64,000 nucleotides of DNA from Spirochaetia bacterium (GTDB lineage: Bacteria > Spirochaetota > Spirochaetia > UBA9216): positions 1,984,001 to 2,048,000 of the forward strand of contig OY776510.1 of NCBI GenBank assembly GCA_963675665.1, written 5' to 3'. Under the pieces are notes generated by a model that did not search any database, was not told where the DNA came from, and was given only the letters and a program-made list of their open reading frames with translations. The position numbers were made by a program, and so were the translations under genes. Below are positions 1 to 9,907 of this stretch, one piece after another (the stretch's first letter is position 1; each line of letters starts with the position of its first letter).

Positions 1-405
1 ATACGATTTTTCAGACAGTTTTATTTTATCGGCGGAAATGCGCTTTCAGCAGAACTGACCGGAATCAATGTAGACCGGGTAAGAATTTTCGGGTTTGTTC
101 TGACGGGTTTTCTGGCTTCTGTAAGCGGAATATTTGCCACGGCCCGTTTTCAGGGCGCAATCCCGACCGCATTTAACGGCATTGAACTGAAGCTGATAGT
201 TGCGGCAGTTGTCGGCGGCTGCACCCTGGACGGCGGTGAAGGTTCGGTCCTCGGAGCAGTTCTCGGGATCATTTTTCTTTTTCTGCTGTCCAACGGTATG
301 ACACTTCTCGGGGTTTCAATGTATTGGGAAAACTTTGTACTCGGAGCATTTCTTGTTGTTGTGGTGTTCTTTAATTCTTCAATCGGAAGACATCTTACGA
401 AATAA
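1..405 (+). CDS. Sugar ABC transporter permease (RbsC/CUT2 family), 5'-truncated by window edge
   Basis: Frame 1 reads IRFFRQFYFIGGNALSAELTGINVDRVR...ELKLIVAAVVGGCTLDGGEGSVLG..., the RbsC signature, and stops at TAA 403-405. Confidence 0.9.
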   Translation: MRFFRQFYFIGGNALSAELTGINVDRVRIFGFVLTGFLASVSGIFATARFQGAIPTAFNGIELKLIVAAVVGGCTLDGGEGSVLGAVLGIIFLFLLSNGMTLLGVSMYWENFVLGAFLVVVVFFNSSIGRHLTK

Positions 406-443
406 TAACCTTCAGTATGAGGGAAAAAAGATAGGGGGTGTTT

Positions 444-1490
444 ATGAAAAGCATAAACAGAAGACTTTTATTGGCGGCAGCAGTGCTCTTTGTATTTGCG
501 GCAATCCTTTACGGTTGCGGTAACGGCAAAGACGCAGTTGCAGCAGAGAGCGGAGCCGTAGAAGCGGCCACGGGTTATGAAGTGACAACCGGAGAATCCG
601 AAAACTATGAATACATTGCGTACTGCACCAGTGTACCGTACTGGCTGGACGGCCGCCGGGGTCTTGATAAGGCTTGCGAACTTTTAGGCGTGTCCTATAA
701 TTTCTCAGGCCCGGTAGAATTTGATGCCCAGGCCCAGGCTAGAGCAATGGAAGAAGCAATAGCCAAGGGTGTAGACGGTATTATATTAAGCCCTGCTGAT
801 CCGGATGTCCTGGCCGGTCCTTCGGAGAAAGCTATAGCGGCAGGTATTCCCGTTGTTATGGTCATCTCTGATGTTAACAGCAAGCTCGGCGAAGGCAGTT
901 ACGGCTGGCTTGGCGGCCTTAACTATAACGTAGGTGTGTCCGGCGGAACATTTGCAGCGGAAGAGCTTCTAAATAAAAAGGGGAAGGTCGGAATCCTTAC
1001 AATGCCCGGAGTAACAGTTCACGAAGAGCGTAAAGCAGGTTATGTTGATACCTTTGCAAAATATCCCGATATTGAAGTTGTTGAAATTGTCGACACGAGG
1101 GCTGATCCCGCAATCGGCCTTGACAAAGCTGCCGCGATAATACAGAAACATCCTGATCTCAAGCTTCTGATCGGTACCGATTCTGTCGGCGGGGCGGCGG
1201 CTGCCCGTGCTGTGCAGGAAGCCGGCAAGGTTGGCGAGATTTTTATCATCGGTATGGATCGTGACCAGGACCTGCTGAATTATATCAAGGACGGTGTTGT
1301 TACGGCAACAATTGCCTCCAAGTCCTTTACCACCAAGTTTATGGCTTTACATTACCTGTACTGGATAAATCACGACATTATGCAGGATGCTCCCGACTGG
1401 AGAAAAGCAGGGATTAATCCTGTTCCTACCATTACCGACACAGGCAACATGGTAATCAACCAGGATAACGTTGATTTATTTCTTAAGTAA
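444..1490 (+). CDS. Sugar ABC substrate-binding lipoprotein (RbsB/Peripla_BP type)
   Basis: Lipobox ILYGC; AKGVDGIILSPAD and IIGMD motifs; lies between permease and ATPase. Confidence 0.9.
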   Translation: MKSINRRLLLAAAVLFVFAAILYGCGNGKDAVAAESGAVEAATGYEVTTGESENYEYIAYCTSVPYWLDGRRGLDKACELLGVSYNFSGPVEFDAQAQARAMEEAIAKGVDGIILSPADPDVLAGPSEKAIAAGIPVVMVISDVNSKLGEGSYGWLGGLNYNVGVSGGTFAAEELLNKKGKVGILTMPGVTVHEERKAGYVDTFAKYPDIEVVEIVDTRADPAIGLDKAAAIIQKHPDLKLLIGTDSVGGAAAARAVQEAGKVGEIFIIGMDRDQDLLNYIKDGVVTATIASKSFTTKFMALHYLYWINHDIMQDAPDWRKAGINPVPTITDTGNMVINQDNVDLFLK

Positions 1491-1562
1491 TAATTAACGG
1501 TCACATTAAATTAATTTTAGAGCATCTTCTGTAAGATGCTCTTCATTTTAAAGGTGAAGAAT

Positions 1563-3056
1563 TTGGAACATCAGAATCTGTTATCAATATCCAATGTAAA
1601 AAAAGCGTTTGGAGGAACGGAAGCTCTTAAAGGTGTAAATTTTAATATCAAAAAAGGTGAAATTCATGCGCTGGTAGGAGAAAACGGGGCGGGAAAATCA
1701 ACGCTTGTAAAGATAATATCCGGGGTTATTCCCCTGGATTCCGGTGAAATAAAACTTGAAGGAACCCCGGTTGTTTTCAGAAGCGTTCAGGAAGCCAGGA
1801 GGCGGGGCGTTAATGTTGTTTACCAGGAACTGTCGCTGGCAATGAACCTGACTGTTGCTGAAAATATCAGCGCCTCAAGCGCCGAGATGAATTCATTCTC
1901 GATAATGCAGCTGGATGATATTGATGCGGAAGCAAAATCGCTGCTTGAGGGGTCCGGAATAAAGATCGACACACGGGTAAGCGAGCTCGGTATAGCCGCC
2001 CAGCAGATGGTTGAGATTGCCGGGGCTATTTCCAGGAAATGCAGGATCCTTATTCTGGATGAGCCTACGGCTTCATTAACGGACGATGAAACCTCAAACC
2101 TTTTCAGGATTATAGATCATCTGAAAACCCGGGGTGTTACAATCATCTATATAAGCCACAGGCTTGAAGAAATTTTCAGGATCTGCGACACGGTAACGGT
2201 TTTCAAGGACGGTGCCTATGTCGGGACCCGGCCCGTGGCAGGAATGACCCAACATGACCTGGTCTGCCTGATGATCGGTCGGGAAATGAGGGACATGTTT
2301 CCGGTAAAAAAGAATACGGCAAAAGAAACAGTGCTTGAACTGAAGAATTTCTCGGGAAAGGGTTTCAGAAATGTATCGATAAATATCCGGGCAGGCGAGA
2401 TTATCGGTTTCGCCGGGCTGACCGGGGCGGGCCGCACCGAACTGTTTACGGCTGTTTTCGGTTTGAATACAGTCTATTCCGGGAAAATGCTTTTTAAAGG
2501 GGAAGAAGTTTCAATTCATTCCGCGAAAGACGCCCTTAAGCTGGGTATCGGGTATCTTCCCGAAGATCGCAAACAGATTGGTATTTTCAGTACCCTGTCG
2601 GTAAGGGAGAATATTATTGCGGCCAGTCTCGGAGCACACAGCAAAGGGGCGCTGCTCGACAAGGATAAAATCATTGAAAGTTCAAAAAATATAATCGAAA
2701 GCCTGGGAATAAAAGCGCTTTCCGGAAACTCGAAAATACACTCTCTGAGCGGGGGAAACCAGCAGAAAGTTCTGCTTGGACGGTGGATGTTGAGCAAGCC
2801 CAGAGTCTTTATTGCAGACGAGCCCACCCGGGGTATTGATGTCGGAGCCAAGCAGGAGGTGTTTCAGCTTCTGAGGGAGATGGCCGACTCGGGCGTGGCC
2901 GTAATTATGATTTCGTCTGAACTTGAAGAGGTCCTGGGAATGAGCAACCGGATCTTTTCGATGTACAGGGGCGAGGTGAACGGAATCCTTGAAGGCGATA
3001 TGTGCACCGAAGCCAGGCTTGGGCCGATGATTGTCGGAGTTGGAGGAAACAGATAA
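1563..3056 (+). CDS. Sugar ABC ATP-binding protein (RbsA/MglA, two NBDs)
   Basis: GENGAGKST, LDEPT, LSGGNQQK, DEPTRGIDVGAK; TTG start after AAGGTG (alternative ATG at 1536). Confidence 0.93.
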   Translation: MEHQNLLSISNVKKAFGGTEALKGVNFNIKKGEIHALVGENGAGKSTLVKIISGVIPLDSGEIKLEGTPVVFRSVQEARRRGVNVVYQELSLAMNLTVAENISASSAEMNSFSIMQLDDIDAEAKSLLEGSGIKIDTRVSELGIAAQQMVEIAGAISRKCRILILDEPTASLTDDETSNLFRIIDHLKTRGVTIIYISHRLEEIFRICDTVTVFKDGAYVGTRPVAGMTQHDLVCLMIGREMRDMFPVKKNTAKETVLELKNFSGKGFRNVSINIRAGEIIGFAGLTGAGRTELFTAVFGLNTVYSGKMLFKGEEVSIHSAKDALKLGIGYLPEDRKQIGIFSTLSVRENIIAASLGAHSKGALLDKDKIIESSKNIIESLGIKALSGNSKIHSLSGGNQQKVLLGRWMLSKPRVFIADEPTRGIDVGAKQEVFQLLREMADSGVAVIMISSELEEVLGMSNRIFSMYRGEVNGILEGDMCTEARLGPMIVGVGGNR

Positions 3057-4066
3057 TGAAGTCTAATCTTTCCGGGATATTTAACCGGGCCAGAAAAAGT
3101 GAAATCCTGAATAACAGGTTTGTTCCCGGACTGAAGGCGTATAGCCAGTCAAGGATACTGATCCTGCTGACAATAATTGCGGCGATGGTTGTATGTCTTT
3201 CAATAATAAATCCCCGGTTTCTGTCGTATTATAATTTCAGCGCGATTACCGGCAATGATTCCATGAAGGGGCTTGTTCTTATAGGTATGACCCTGATCCT
3301 GATAACCGGAAACTTCGACGTCTCCGTCGGTTCCAATATCGCGCTGGTCGGAATTGTCACGGCATGGATGATGCAGGCCGGTTTGTCTCCATTGGCCGCG
3401 TCGATGCTGGGTATTGCATCCGGTATGCTTATAGGCCTGTTCAACGGGCTGATGGTAACCAGGCTGAAGATCCATTCCTTTATTGCGACCCTCGGCTCGC
3501 TGTATATGGCCAGGAGCCTTGCGCAGGTTATCACCCAGGGGACTCCCATCGGGAAATTTCCGCAGTCGTTTATCGAATTCGGAGATCTGTATATTTTCAA
3601 AATACCCTTTGTGCTGATTATTCTTGTTGTTTCGGTAATAGCGGCAAACTATCTTCTTCAGCACAGCCGGCTTCTCAGATCGGCGGTTTATATCGGCACC
3701 AACAAAAGAGGGGCTGATTATATCGGCCTGAGGACAGACGCCATCCAGCTTGCAATATTTGTTCTGGTCGGTTTGCTTGTCGGTATCGCCGGTGTTTTCC
3801 TTACTGCAAAGATGCGTTCCGGCCTTCCGACAGCCTTTACCGGGCTTGAGTTTAAAATGATAGCTGCAGCGGTGCTGGGGGGCGCCTCGCTTAACGGCGG
3901 GCAGGGGAATATGCTGGGTTCGATAATGGGACTGATTGTGCTGATTCTTATCAGTAACGCAATGACTATTCTGGGCATTTCGGTGTATATGGACGGGGTA
4001 ATAATGGGAATTGTCCTGATCGGGGCGTCTGTTCTCGACAGCGTTTCGCAGAAAAACGTAATATAA
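3056..4066 (+). CDS. Sugar ABC permease (RbsC family)
   Basis: Hydrophobic; GNFDVSVGS and IAAAVLGGASLNGGQG motifs; ATG overlaps the ATPase stop. Confidence 0.92.
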   Translation: MKSNLSGIFNRARKSEILNNRFVPGLKAYSQSRILILLTIIAAMVVCLSIINPRFLSYYNFSAITGNDSMKGLVLIGMTLILITGNFDVSVGSNIALVGIVTAWMMQAGLSPLAASMLGIASGMLIGLFNGLMVTRLKIHSFIATLGSLYMARSLAQVITQGTPIGKFPQSFIEFGDLYIFKIPFVLIILVVSVIAANYLLQHSRLLRSAVYIGTNKRGADYIGLRTDAIQLAIFVLVGLLVGIAGVFLTAKMRSGLPTAFTGLEFKMIAAAVLGGASLNGGQGNMLGSIMGLIVLILISNAMTILGISVYMDGVIMGIVLIGASVLDSVSQKNVI

Positions 4067-4165
4067 AAATACTTCCATGTATTTTTATATTTTGAAGTTT
4101 GTAAAGGAATCAGCAAAGCGGATTTTTTACAAACTTCATCTCACAAGCCTGCCGTCCATGGCAGG
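4060..4165. repeat. Composite REP-like element of three hairpins
   Basis: AATATAAAAATAC-TTCCAT-GTATTTTTATATT; TGAAGTTTGTAAAGGAATC..GATTTTTTACAAACTTCA; CCTGCC-GTCCAT-GGCAGG. The outer hairpins share an NTCCAT loop. Confidence 0.65.
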
Positions 4166-4185
4166 AATTTTTTACAGGGGATAGT

Positions 4186-5268
4186 ATGGCAATATTATTT
4201 GGAAAAGAATACTCGAGGATGCAGCTGCTGGAAAGAGTGGGCGACATAACACAGCTGTGTCATGCAAACCGGTGCCGGCTTGCCGGCGGCAAACGCGAAG
4301 GCGTGGAGTCTGTTTTTTTCAATAATTCATCGGGTTTGAATTTCTCGGTAATTCCCGGCAGGGGCATGGATTTCGGGCCCTTTATCTATAAGGGTATGTC
4401 TCTGTCATGGCGGTCTGCTGCAGGCGAGGCCGCCCCGGCTTTTTTCGAACCGCAGGGGGCCGGTATGGACCGGAATTACCACGGCGGGCTGATGCATATA
4501 AGCGGGATAAGCTATGCGGGCCTTCCGTGCGAGGATGAAGGAGAATCACTCGGCCTGCACGGCAGAATATCTAACACCCCTGCCGACGAGGTTTACACCG
4601 AAGGATGCTGGATTGGAGACGATTATGAGCTCAGACTTAAAGGCAGGGTCCGCGAGGCGACGGCCACCGGGAAACGGCTGGAGCTGACGCGTACCGTAAG
4701 CGTCCGCCTTGGAGAACCCGCTGTTTATCTGGATGATGTTGTTGAAAATATCGGAATGGAACCGGCGGAACACATGCTGCTTTACCATACTAATTTCGGC
4801 TTCCCGCTGCTGGATGATGGAACGGAGTTTATTATCCCGTCGACCCGGGTTGTTCCTTTTAATGATTTTTCCGCAGCCAAAACCGGAGACTGTTTTACTT
4901 TCCCCGGCCCGGATTCTGAAACGCCCGGAGAATTGTTTTATCATGAACTGTCCGGTGACAACGATGGTAATACCGGCTACGCAGTAATAAACAGGGATAT
5001 TAATAACGGTAAAGGCCTCTGCTTTTCGATTGAGTTCAACCGAAACGTTCTGAACAGGTTTGTCGAATGGAAATACAGCCGCAGGGGATATTACGCGGCC
5101 GAACTCGGACCGTCAAACTGTCACGTGGCGGGAAGGGCAAAAGAGCGGGCCGACGGCACGCTGAAATTCCTTGGCCCCGGAGAAAAAGTAAACTACAGGC
5201 TTAAAATCAGGGTATCAGAAGGAACCGGTATTGCGGCAGTTGAAGATAAAATCCGTAGGTTAACTTAA
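4186..5268 (+). CDS. DUF4432 / aldose 1-epimerase-like (galactose mutarotase fold) protein
   Basis: RGMD, LHGRISNTPA, HMLLYHTNFGFPLLD and ELGPSN motifs. Confidence 0.8.
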   Translation: MAILFGKEYSRMQLLERVGDITQLCHANRCRLAGGKREGVESVFFNNSSGLNFSVIPGRGMDFGPFIYKGMSLSWRSAAGEAAPAFFEPQGAGMDRNYHGGLMHISGISYAGLPCEDEGESLGLHGRISNTPADEVYTEGCWIGDDYELRLKGRVREATATGKRLELTRTVSVRLGEPAVYLDDVVENIGMEPAEHMLLYHTNFGFPLLDDGTEFIIPSTRVVPFNDFSAAKTGDCFTFPGPDSETPGELFYHELSGDNDGNTGYAVINRDINNGKGLCFSIEFNRNVLNRFVEWKYSRRGYYAAELGPSNCHVAGRAKERADGTLKFLGPGEKVNYRLKIRVSEGTGIAAVEDKIRRLT

Positions 5269-5428
5269 AATATTTAGTTGTATGCTGAGTTATTCATAAA
5301 CCAGGCATTATAAGTTTTTAGCGAGTGCTTCTGTAAAAGCTGCTTTTAAGAATAGTTAAATTCAGATGATAATTATTAATTCCTCTGTTCTTTTTGTAGT
5401 AGAATTATTATCGTCACAGAGATTATTT

Positions 5429-6019
5429 TTAATTTGAAATATCATCCAAATAAAGTTGGATAAGATAATTTCCTTTTTCAACAAGATTGAATCTTGTGTC
5501 TTTCAGATACCAGTTAAATAAAACGCCTCTCATTATCATCATAATGTTTTCTACAATTTCATTTGAAGCAAGGACGCTTCTGAAATCATTATTGCTTATT
5601 GCAGCGTCGACCAGTTCATATAGTATCCTGAAGATCCCGCGTTTTTCGTCCAAAATAAATTTCTTATGATAAGGCAGATCCAGCTGGGATTTATAAAGAT
5701 ATTTTGCATTCAGGATTGTTATATCATTGTCCGTACTCCTGTAATATATTTCCAATACGAAATTCAGGAAGTTCTTCAAACGCTGAAGCGGCGGCAGATT
5801 GTCCGGCAGAGACAAGATGAACTCATCAAATTCAATATCATGCTCATCAAGAATATATCCAAGTAATTCCTTCTTTGCTTCAAAATAATGATAGAAGGTT
5901 CCTTTGGATACTCCTGAGTCTTCAATAATCTGATTAACTGTTACGTTTTCATAACCTAGTTTTATAAAAAGCTTGTTTGCAGTAGAAATTATTTTATCTT
6001 TTTTAGTTTTTGTTTTCAT
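5429..6019 (-). CDS. TetR/AcrR family transcriptional regulator
   Basis: LFIKLGYENVTVNQIIEDSGVSKGTFYHYF HTH; divergent from the GntP operon. Confidence 0.93.
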   Translation of the reverse strand: MKTKTKKDKIISTANKLFIKLGYENVTVNQIIEDSGVSKGTFYHYFEAKKELLGYILDEHDIEFDEFILSLPDNLPPLQRLKNFLNFVLEIYYRSTDNDITILNAKYLYKSQLDLPYHKKFILDEKRGIFRILYELVDAAISNNDFRSVLASNEIVENIMMIMRGVLFNWYLKDTRFNLVEKGNYLIQLYLDDISN

Positions 6020-6158
6020 AGTAATAAAACCTCATTAAAGCAGTTTGACCATATTATTAGAAAATACAACTAATCACCGGGGAAAGCAATAATTTATATT
6101 ATTACAATAAATAATAATCAACCCTGAAAACGAACCCTGAAAACAGAAATTTAAAATA

Positions 6159-6200
6159 TTGACAGATGATGAATCTAATGGTAAAGTAGACCACGGTCTA
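6159..6200 (+). promoter_or_regulatory. Sigma70-like promoter with overlapping palindromic operator (probable TetR site)
   Basis: TTGACA(6159)-17 nt-TAAAGT(6182); palindrome TAGACC-AC-GGTCTA at 6187-6200. Confidence 0.6.
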
Positions 6201-6263
6201 GAACGCGTTCTATTTTTTATTAACCGCCTTACATGGCAGGAATTCTTTTATAGGAGAAACAAT

Positions 6264-7544
6264 ATGGGATTTGTGGGAATTTTTATAGGTTTTGGAATTC
6301 TATTACTTGGCGTCTGGAAAAAATATAATCTTATACTCGTTACACTTTTAACAACCTTAGTAATAGGATTGACAAACGGAATGGGTGTAATGGAAGTCTG
6401 GCAGGGTCCGTTCATCCAGGGGTTTACCGGTTTCGCTGCACCTTTTATGCTTCTTTTTTGTTTCGGGGCTTTGTTTGGAAAGCTTATGGAAAAGAGCGGA
6501 GCGACAGAGAAGATTGGACTAAGCATGCTGGGGATTTTCGGTGAAAAATTTACAATCTTTGCTTATATGCTGGCAACTGCCTTATTGACATACGGCGGAG
6601 TGAGCGGTTTTGTTATTGTTTTTGTTATGCTTCCTCTGGCGAAAGTCCTGTTTAATAAGGGAAAAATACCCTGGTACCTTTTTCCTGCAGTTACCTATGC
6701 GGCAATGCTGCCGGCAATTGGTATAATGCCCGGGAGCCTTCAGATTCAGAATATGATACCTACGAAATATTTGGGAACAACATTAACATCCGCCCCTGTG
6801 CTGGGAATAATATTATCTTTGATTTATCTTGCAATGATCTTGCCTTATCTGTGGTGGAGAGTTAAGAAAGGCAGAAAAGATCAGTCTTCGATGGATTATG
6901 CTGTTACTGCAAACGGCAAGGCTTTAGAGCTGACTGATGATAAGAATCTGCCGGGATTTATTATTTCGATAATACCGATTGTCATTGCTCTGGTTTCTAT
7001 AAATATAATAAAAATTAATATTGTATATGGTTTAATCCTTGCCTGTATATCCTGTATTGTTTTATTTTGGAAGAGGTATGAAAATCTTCTGGATGCTCTT
7101 AATTCAGGAATCAGCAATGGAATAATGCCTACTGTATTAGTTGGTGTTGTTGTTGGTGTAGCGAAGGTTGTTGCTTCAACATCTGCCTTTTCACTTTTTA
7201 AAACCTGGCTGCTTGAGATTCCAGTCAGCGGTTTTATGAAGTTATTTGTAGTGACTAATTCTGTAGCATTCATTACTGGTTCAGGAACAGGGGCAATATC
7301 TACAACACTTGAGATCTTTGCAAAGCATTTTATTGATTTAGGTTTAAATCCGGGTATTATCCATAAGATTGTTATAATGTCCGCCTGCGGTTTTGATTCA
7401 ATGCCGTGGAACAGCTTTATAGTATTATTAATTGCCATGTCGGGTGTCAGTTACAAAACAAGTTATAAATATATCTTTATGACAACCGTTGTTTTTACAC
7501 TTGTTACCGGTTTAATCGGTGTACTGATGGCAAGTCTGATCTAA
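6264..7544 (+). CDS. GntP-family organic acid permease
   Basis: Polytopic; GALFGKLMEKSGA, LLTYGGVSGFV, PGSLQIQNMIP, FDSMPWNS; RBS AGGAG before ATG 6264. Confidence 0.85.
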   Translation: MGFVGIFIGFGILLLGVWKKYNLILVTLLTTLVIGLTNGMGVMEVWQGPFIQGFTGFAAPFMLLFCFGALFGKLMEKSGATEKIGLSMLGIFGEKFTIFAYMLATALLTYGGVSGFVIVFVMLPLAKVLFNKGKIPWYLFPAVTYAAMLPAIGIMPGSLQIQNMIPTKYLGTTLTSAPVLGIILSLIYLAMILPYLWWRVKKGRKDQSSMDYAVTANGKALELTDDKNLPGFIISIIPIVIALVSINIIKINIVYGLILACISCIVLFWKRYENLLDALNSGISNGIMPTVLVGVVVGVAKVVASTSAFSLFKTWLLEIPVSGFMKLFVVTNSVAFITGSGTGAISTTLEIFAKHFIDLGLNPGIIHKIVIMSACGFDSMPWNSFIVLLIAMSGVSYKTSYKYIFMTTVVFTLVTGLIGVLMASLI

Positions 7545-7557
7545 AAGGAGTTATCGA

Positions 7558-8169
7558 ATGAGTCAATTTATAATAGACAAGATAAAGAGATGCAAAGGTT
7601 TCTTCGAGGTTGATTATGGAACAGATAAAGCTGAAGAGATTGTAAACAGGGCCCTGGAGATATTTGAAATTGAAAAAGTGAAGATGCCTTTGCTTAAGAG
7701 CAAAAGTAATCAGGGTTTTATGGCATTCATGGATTTCATGGTTTTCATTTATAAAGCTTTACTGGAAAAAGAAGAAAAAGAAAAAGCCCTGGAACTTTGT
7801 AAGGATTGTATTAATTATTCAATCGATATTGATTTTCTGGATGAAAACATGAAAAAGGCATGGAAGGATCATGATTTAATTCGTGCTAAACGAAAGCAGA
7901 TAATAGATGATGTAAATCAGGCAGATGAAAAATTCGGCTGGATTTATAAAAACGCAAAGTATGATGAAGGCATACTGTATAGTTTCGATATCACCCGCTG
8001 CGGAATGTATGACTTATGTCGATTGTTTGAAGTTGAAGAATTAATGCCGTCAATTTGTCAGGCTGATTTCTATATGGTGAAATTTCTTCCTGACGGATGT
8101 GTCTTTCACAGAAATGCCACTCTTGCTGATGGCGCTGACTGCTGTGATTTTCTTTATACCTATGAATAA
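7558..8169 (+). CDS. L-2-amino-thiazoline-4-carboxylate (ATC) hydrolase family protein
   Basis: C-terminal FDITRC..YD..C..D...R.ATLADGADCCDF pattern typical of the ATC_hydrolase family. Confidence 0.75.
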   Translation: MSQFIIDKIKRCKGFFEVDYGTDKAEEIVNRALEIFEIEKVKMPLLKSKSNQGFMAFMDFMVFIYKALLEKEEKEKALELCKDCINYSIDIDFLDENMKKAWKDHDLIRAKRKQIIDDVNQADEKFGWIYKNAKYDEGILYSFDITRCGMYDLCRLFEVEELMPSICQADFYMVKFLPDGCVFHRNATLADGADCCDFLYTYE

Positions 8170-8285
8170 AATTTACTGAATATAAAAATAATATACTGAA
8201 AATGCCCGGAGATGCGGGAATACCTCTCCGGGTAAGTTAAGACAAACAAGATAACAACAGCCCAATACGCGAAAAGGAGAATTAG

Positions 8286-9875
8286 ATGTGTGATCTGCTG
8301 CTTAAGAATGCAAAGATTCTCACGGGAAATCTGGAGCCTGTATATTCCGGAGACATAGGAATTAAAAACGGCAATATTGATAAACTGGGAAAAGTAACCC
8401 CCGGTGAGAATACAAGAATTATTAATTGTGAGAACAAATATGTGTCTCCGGGGTTTATAGACAGTCATGCTCATGAGGATCTTGTATACGGTGATAAACT
8501 GCCGGAACTGGGCAAAATATCCCAGGGAATAACAACAGTATTCACAGGAATGTGCGGTTTAAGTTTATACCCGACAAACAAGAAAACGTCACAGGAACTC
8601 CGAAGCAGAATCCTGTCATTCGGCAAGGACGTGCCTATGGAAAATTTAAACCGGAATTATTCTTATAAAAGCTACATAGAGCAGCTTGGAAAAGGAAAAT
8701 CAAGAATTAACTATAAAATGCTTATCGGACATGGGACACTCAGGACTGCTGTAATGGGAGAGAGTAACCGGGCTCCGTCTTCGGTTGAGATGGAGGCTAT
8801 GAAGAAGCTGCTGCGTGAAGCCATGGAAGAAGGGGTTCCGGGGCTGTCAGCCGGTTTGGTTTATCCTCCGGGAAGTTTTTCCACTGAGGCTGAAATAACT
8901 GAATTATTGAAGGTTGTTGCTGAATACAACGGTTTTTATTCTGTTCATTTAAGAAATGAATCGGACGGTGTTGTAGAAGCAGTAGAAGAAGCGATAAGAT
9001 CTGCCGGAAATGCGGAGGTTCCGCTTTGGATATCTCACCATAAGATTGCAGGAATGCAGAATTGGAAAAAATCAGATGAAACCCTTAAGATAATAAAGGA
9101 AAATATTGAGAAGGGGATGAAGATTACTCTAGATATTTATCCGTATGAAGCAGCATCAACACTGCTTACGGTTGTTCTTCCCCCTGAATTTCTGAATGAG
9201 GGGACACCTGCTGCCGTTGCAAAACTGAAAGATAAAAATCAAAGGGCAATTGTAAAAGAGGAAATTATTAACCCCTCATATGTCTGGGATAATTTTTATA
9301 AAAATTGCGGGGGCTTTTCCGGGATATTTATAATTGATTCTCCTTATAACGAGGAGGCGAAGAATATGACAATAGCTGATTATGCTGAAAAGACAGGAAA
9401 AGATGAATTTGAAACCTTCTTTGATTTATTAGTAGAGAATGAAGGGAATGTAATGGCCGTATATTTTATGATGAATGAATATGATATTAAAAAAGTGCTT
9501 ACTTTTCCCGAGACAGTAATAGGTTCCGACGGGGCAAGTTTTAATCCTGCTTCATCAGCGCATCCGAGAGGATATGGTACCTTCCCTAAAGTGATAAGAA
9601 AGTATGTATTGGATGAGCAATTATTTTCCTTAAATGAAGCAGTTTATAAAATGACAGGATTACCTGCAAAAAAATTAAACCTTGATAAAAAAGGATTAAT
9701 TAAGACCGGCTGCGATGCTGATCTGGTTGTTTTTGATTTAGCCGAATTGAAAGATAATGCAACGTATGAGAATCCGTATGAGTTAAGCGACGGTATCGAG
9801 TACGTTATAGTTGACGGAAAAATTGCATACAGGAACAAAGAGCTTACGGATGTTTTTGCAGGAAAACTTATCTGA
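8286..9875 (+). CDS. N-acyl-D-amino-acid deacylase (D-aminoacylase)
   Basis: PGFIDSHAH, GMCGLS, HLRNE, ISHHK, IGSDG, HPRGYGTFP, KMTGLPA. Confidence 0.9.
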   Translation: MCDLLLKNAKILTGNLEPVYSGDIGIKNGNIDKLGKVTPGENTRIINCENKYVSPGFIDSHAHEDLVYGDKLPELGKISQGITTVFTGMCGLSLYPTNKKTSQELRSRILSFGKDVPMENLNRNYSYKSYIEQLGKGKSRINYKMLIGHGTLRTAVMGESNRAPSSVEMEAMKKLLREAMEEGVPGLSAGLVYPPGSFSTEAEITELLKVVAEYNGFYSVHLRNESDGVVEAVEEAIRSAGNAEVPLWISHHKIAGMQNWKKSDETLKIIKENIEKGMKITLDIYPYEAASTLLTVVLPPEFLNEGTPAAVAKLKDKNQRAIVKEEIINPSYVWDNFYKNCGGFSGIFIIDSPYNEEAKNMTIADYAEKTGKDEFETFFDLLVENEGNVMAVYFMMNEYDIKKVLTFPETVIGSDGASFNPASSAHPRGYGTFPKVIRKYVLDEQLFSLNEAVYKMTGLPAKKLNLDKKGLIKTGCDADLVVFDLAELKDNATYENPYELSDGIEYVIVDGKIAYRNKELTDVFAGKLI

Positions 9876-9907
9876 AGCGGCTGTTATGAAAGGAGATTCT
9901 GATCTTA

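Noticed and set aside
3200-4078. Long antisense ORFs (also 14097..14750, 18629..19339, 19795..20514, 30189..30953)
   Set aside because: Shadows of well-supported opposite-strand genes, with no motifs or RBS
6121-6144. ACCCTGAAAAC tandem repeat
   Set aside because: Only two copies with no spacers; not CRISPR. No CRISPR array or cas gene was seen anywhere in the window
9873-9907. Possible Sec read-through of TGA stops (also 23476, 31172, 45762, 51643)
   Set aside because: The proteins are full length at these TGAs, no Cys-equivalent position is involved and no SECIS-like hairpin is evident
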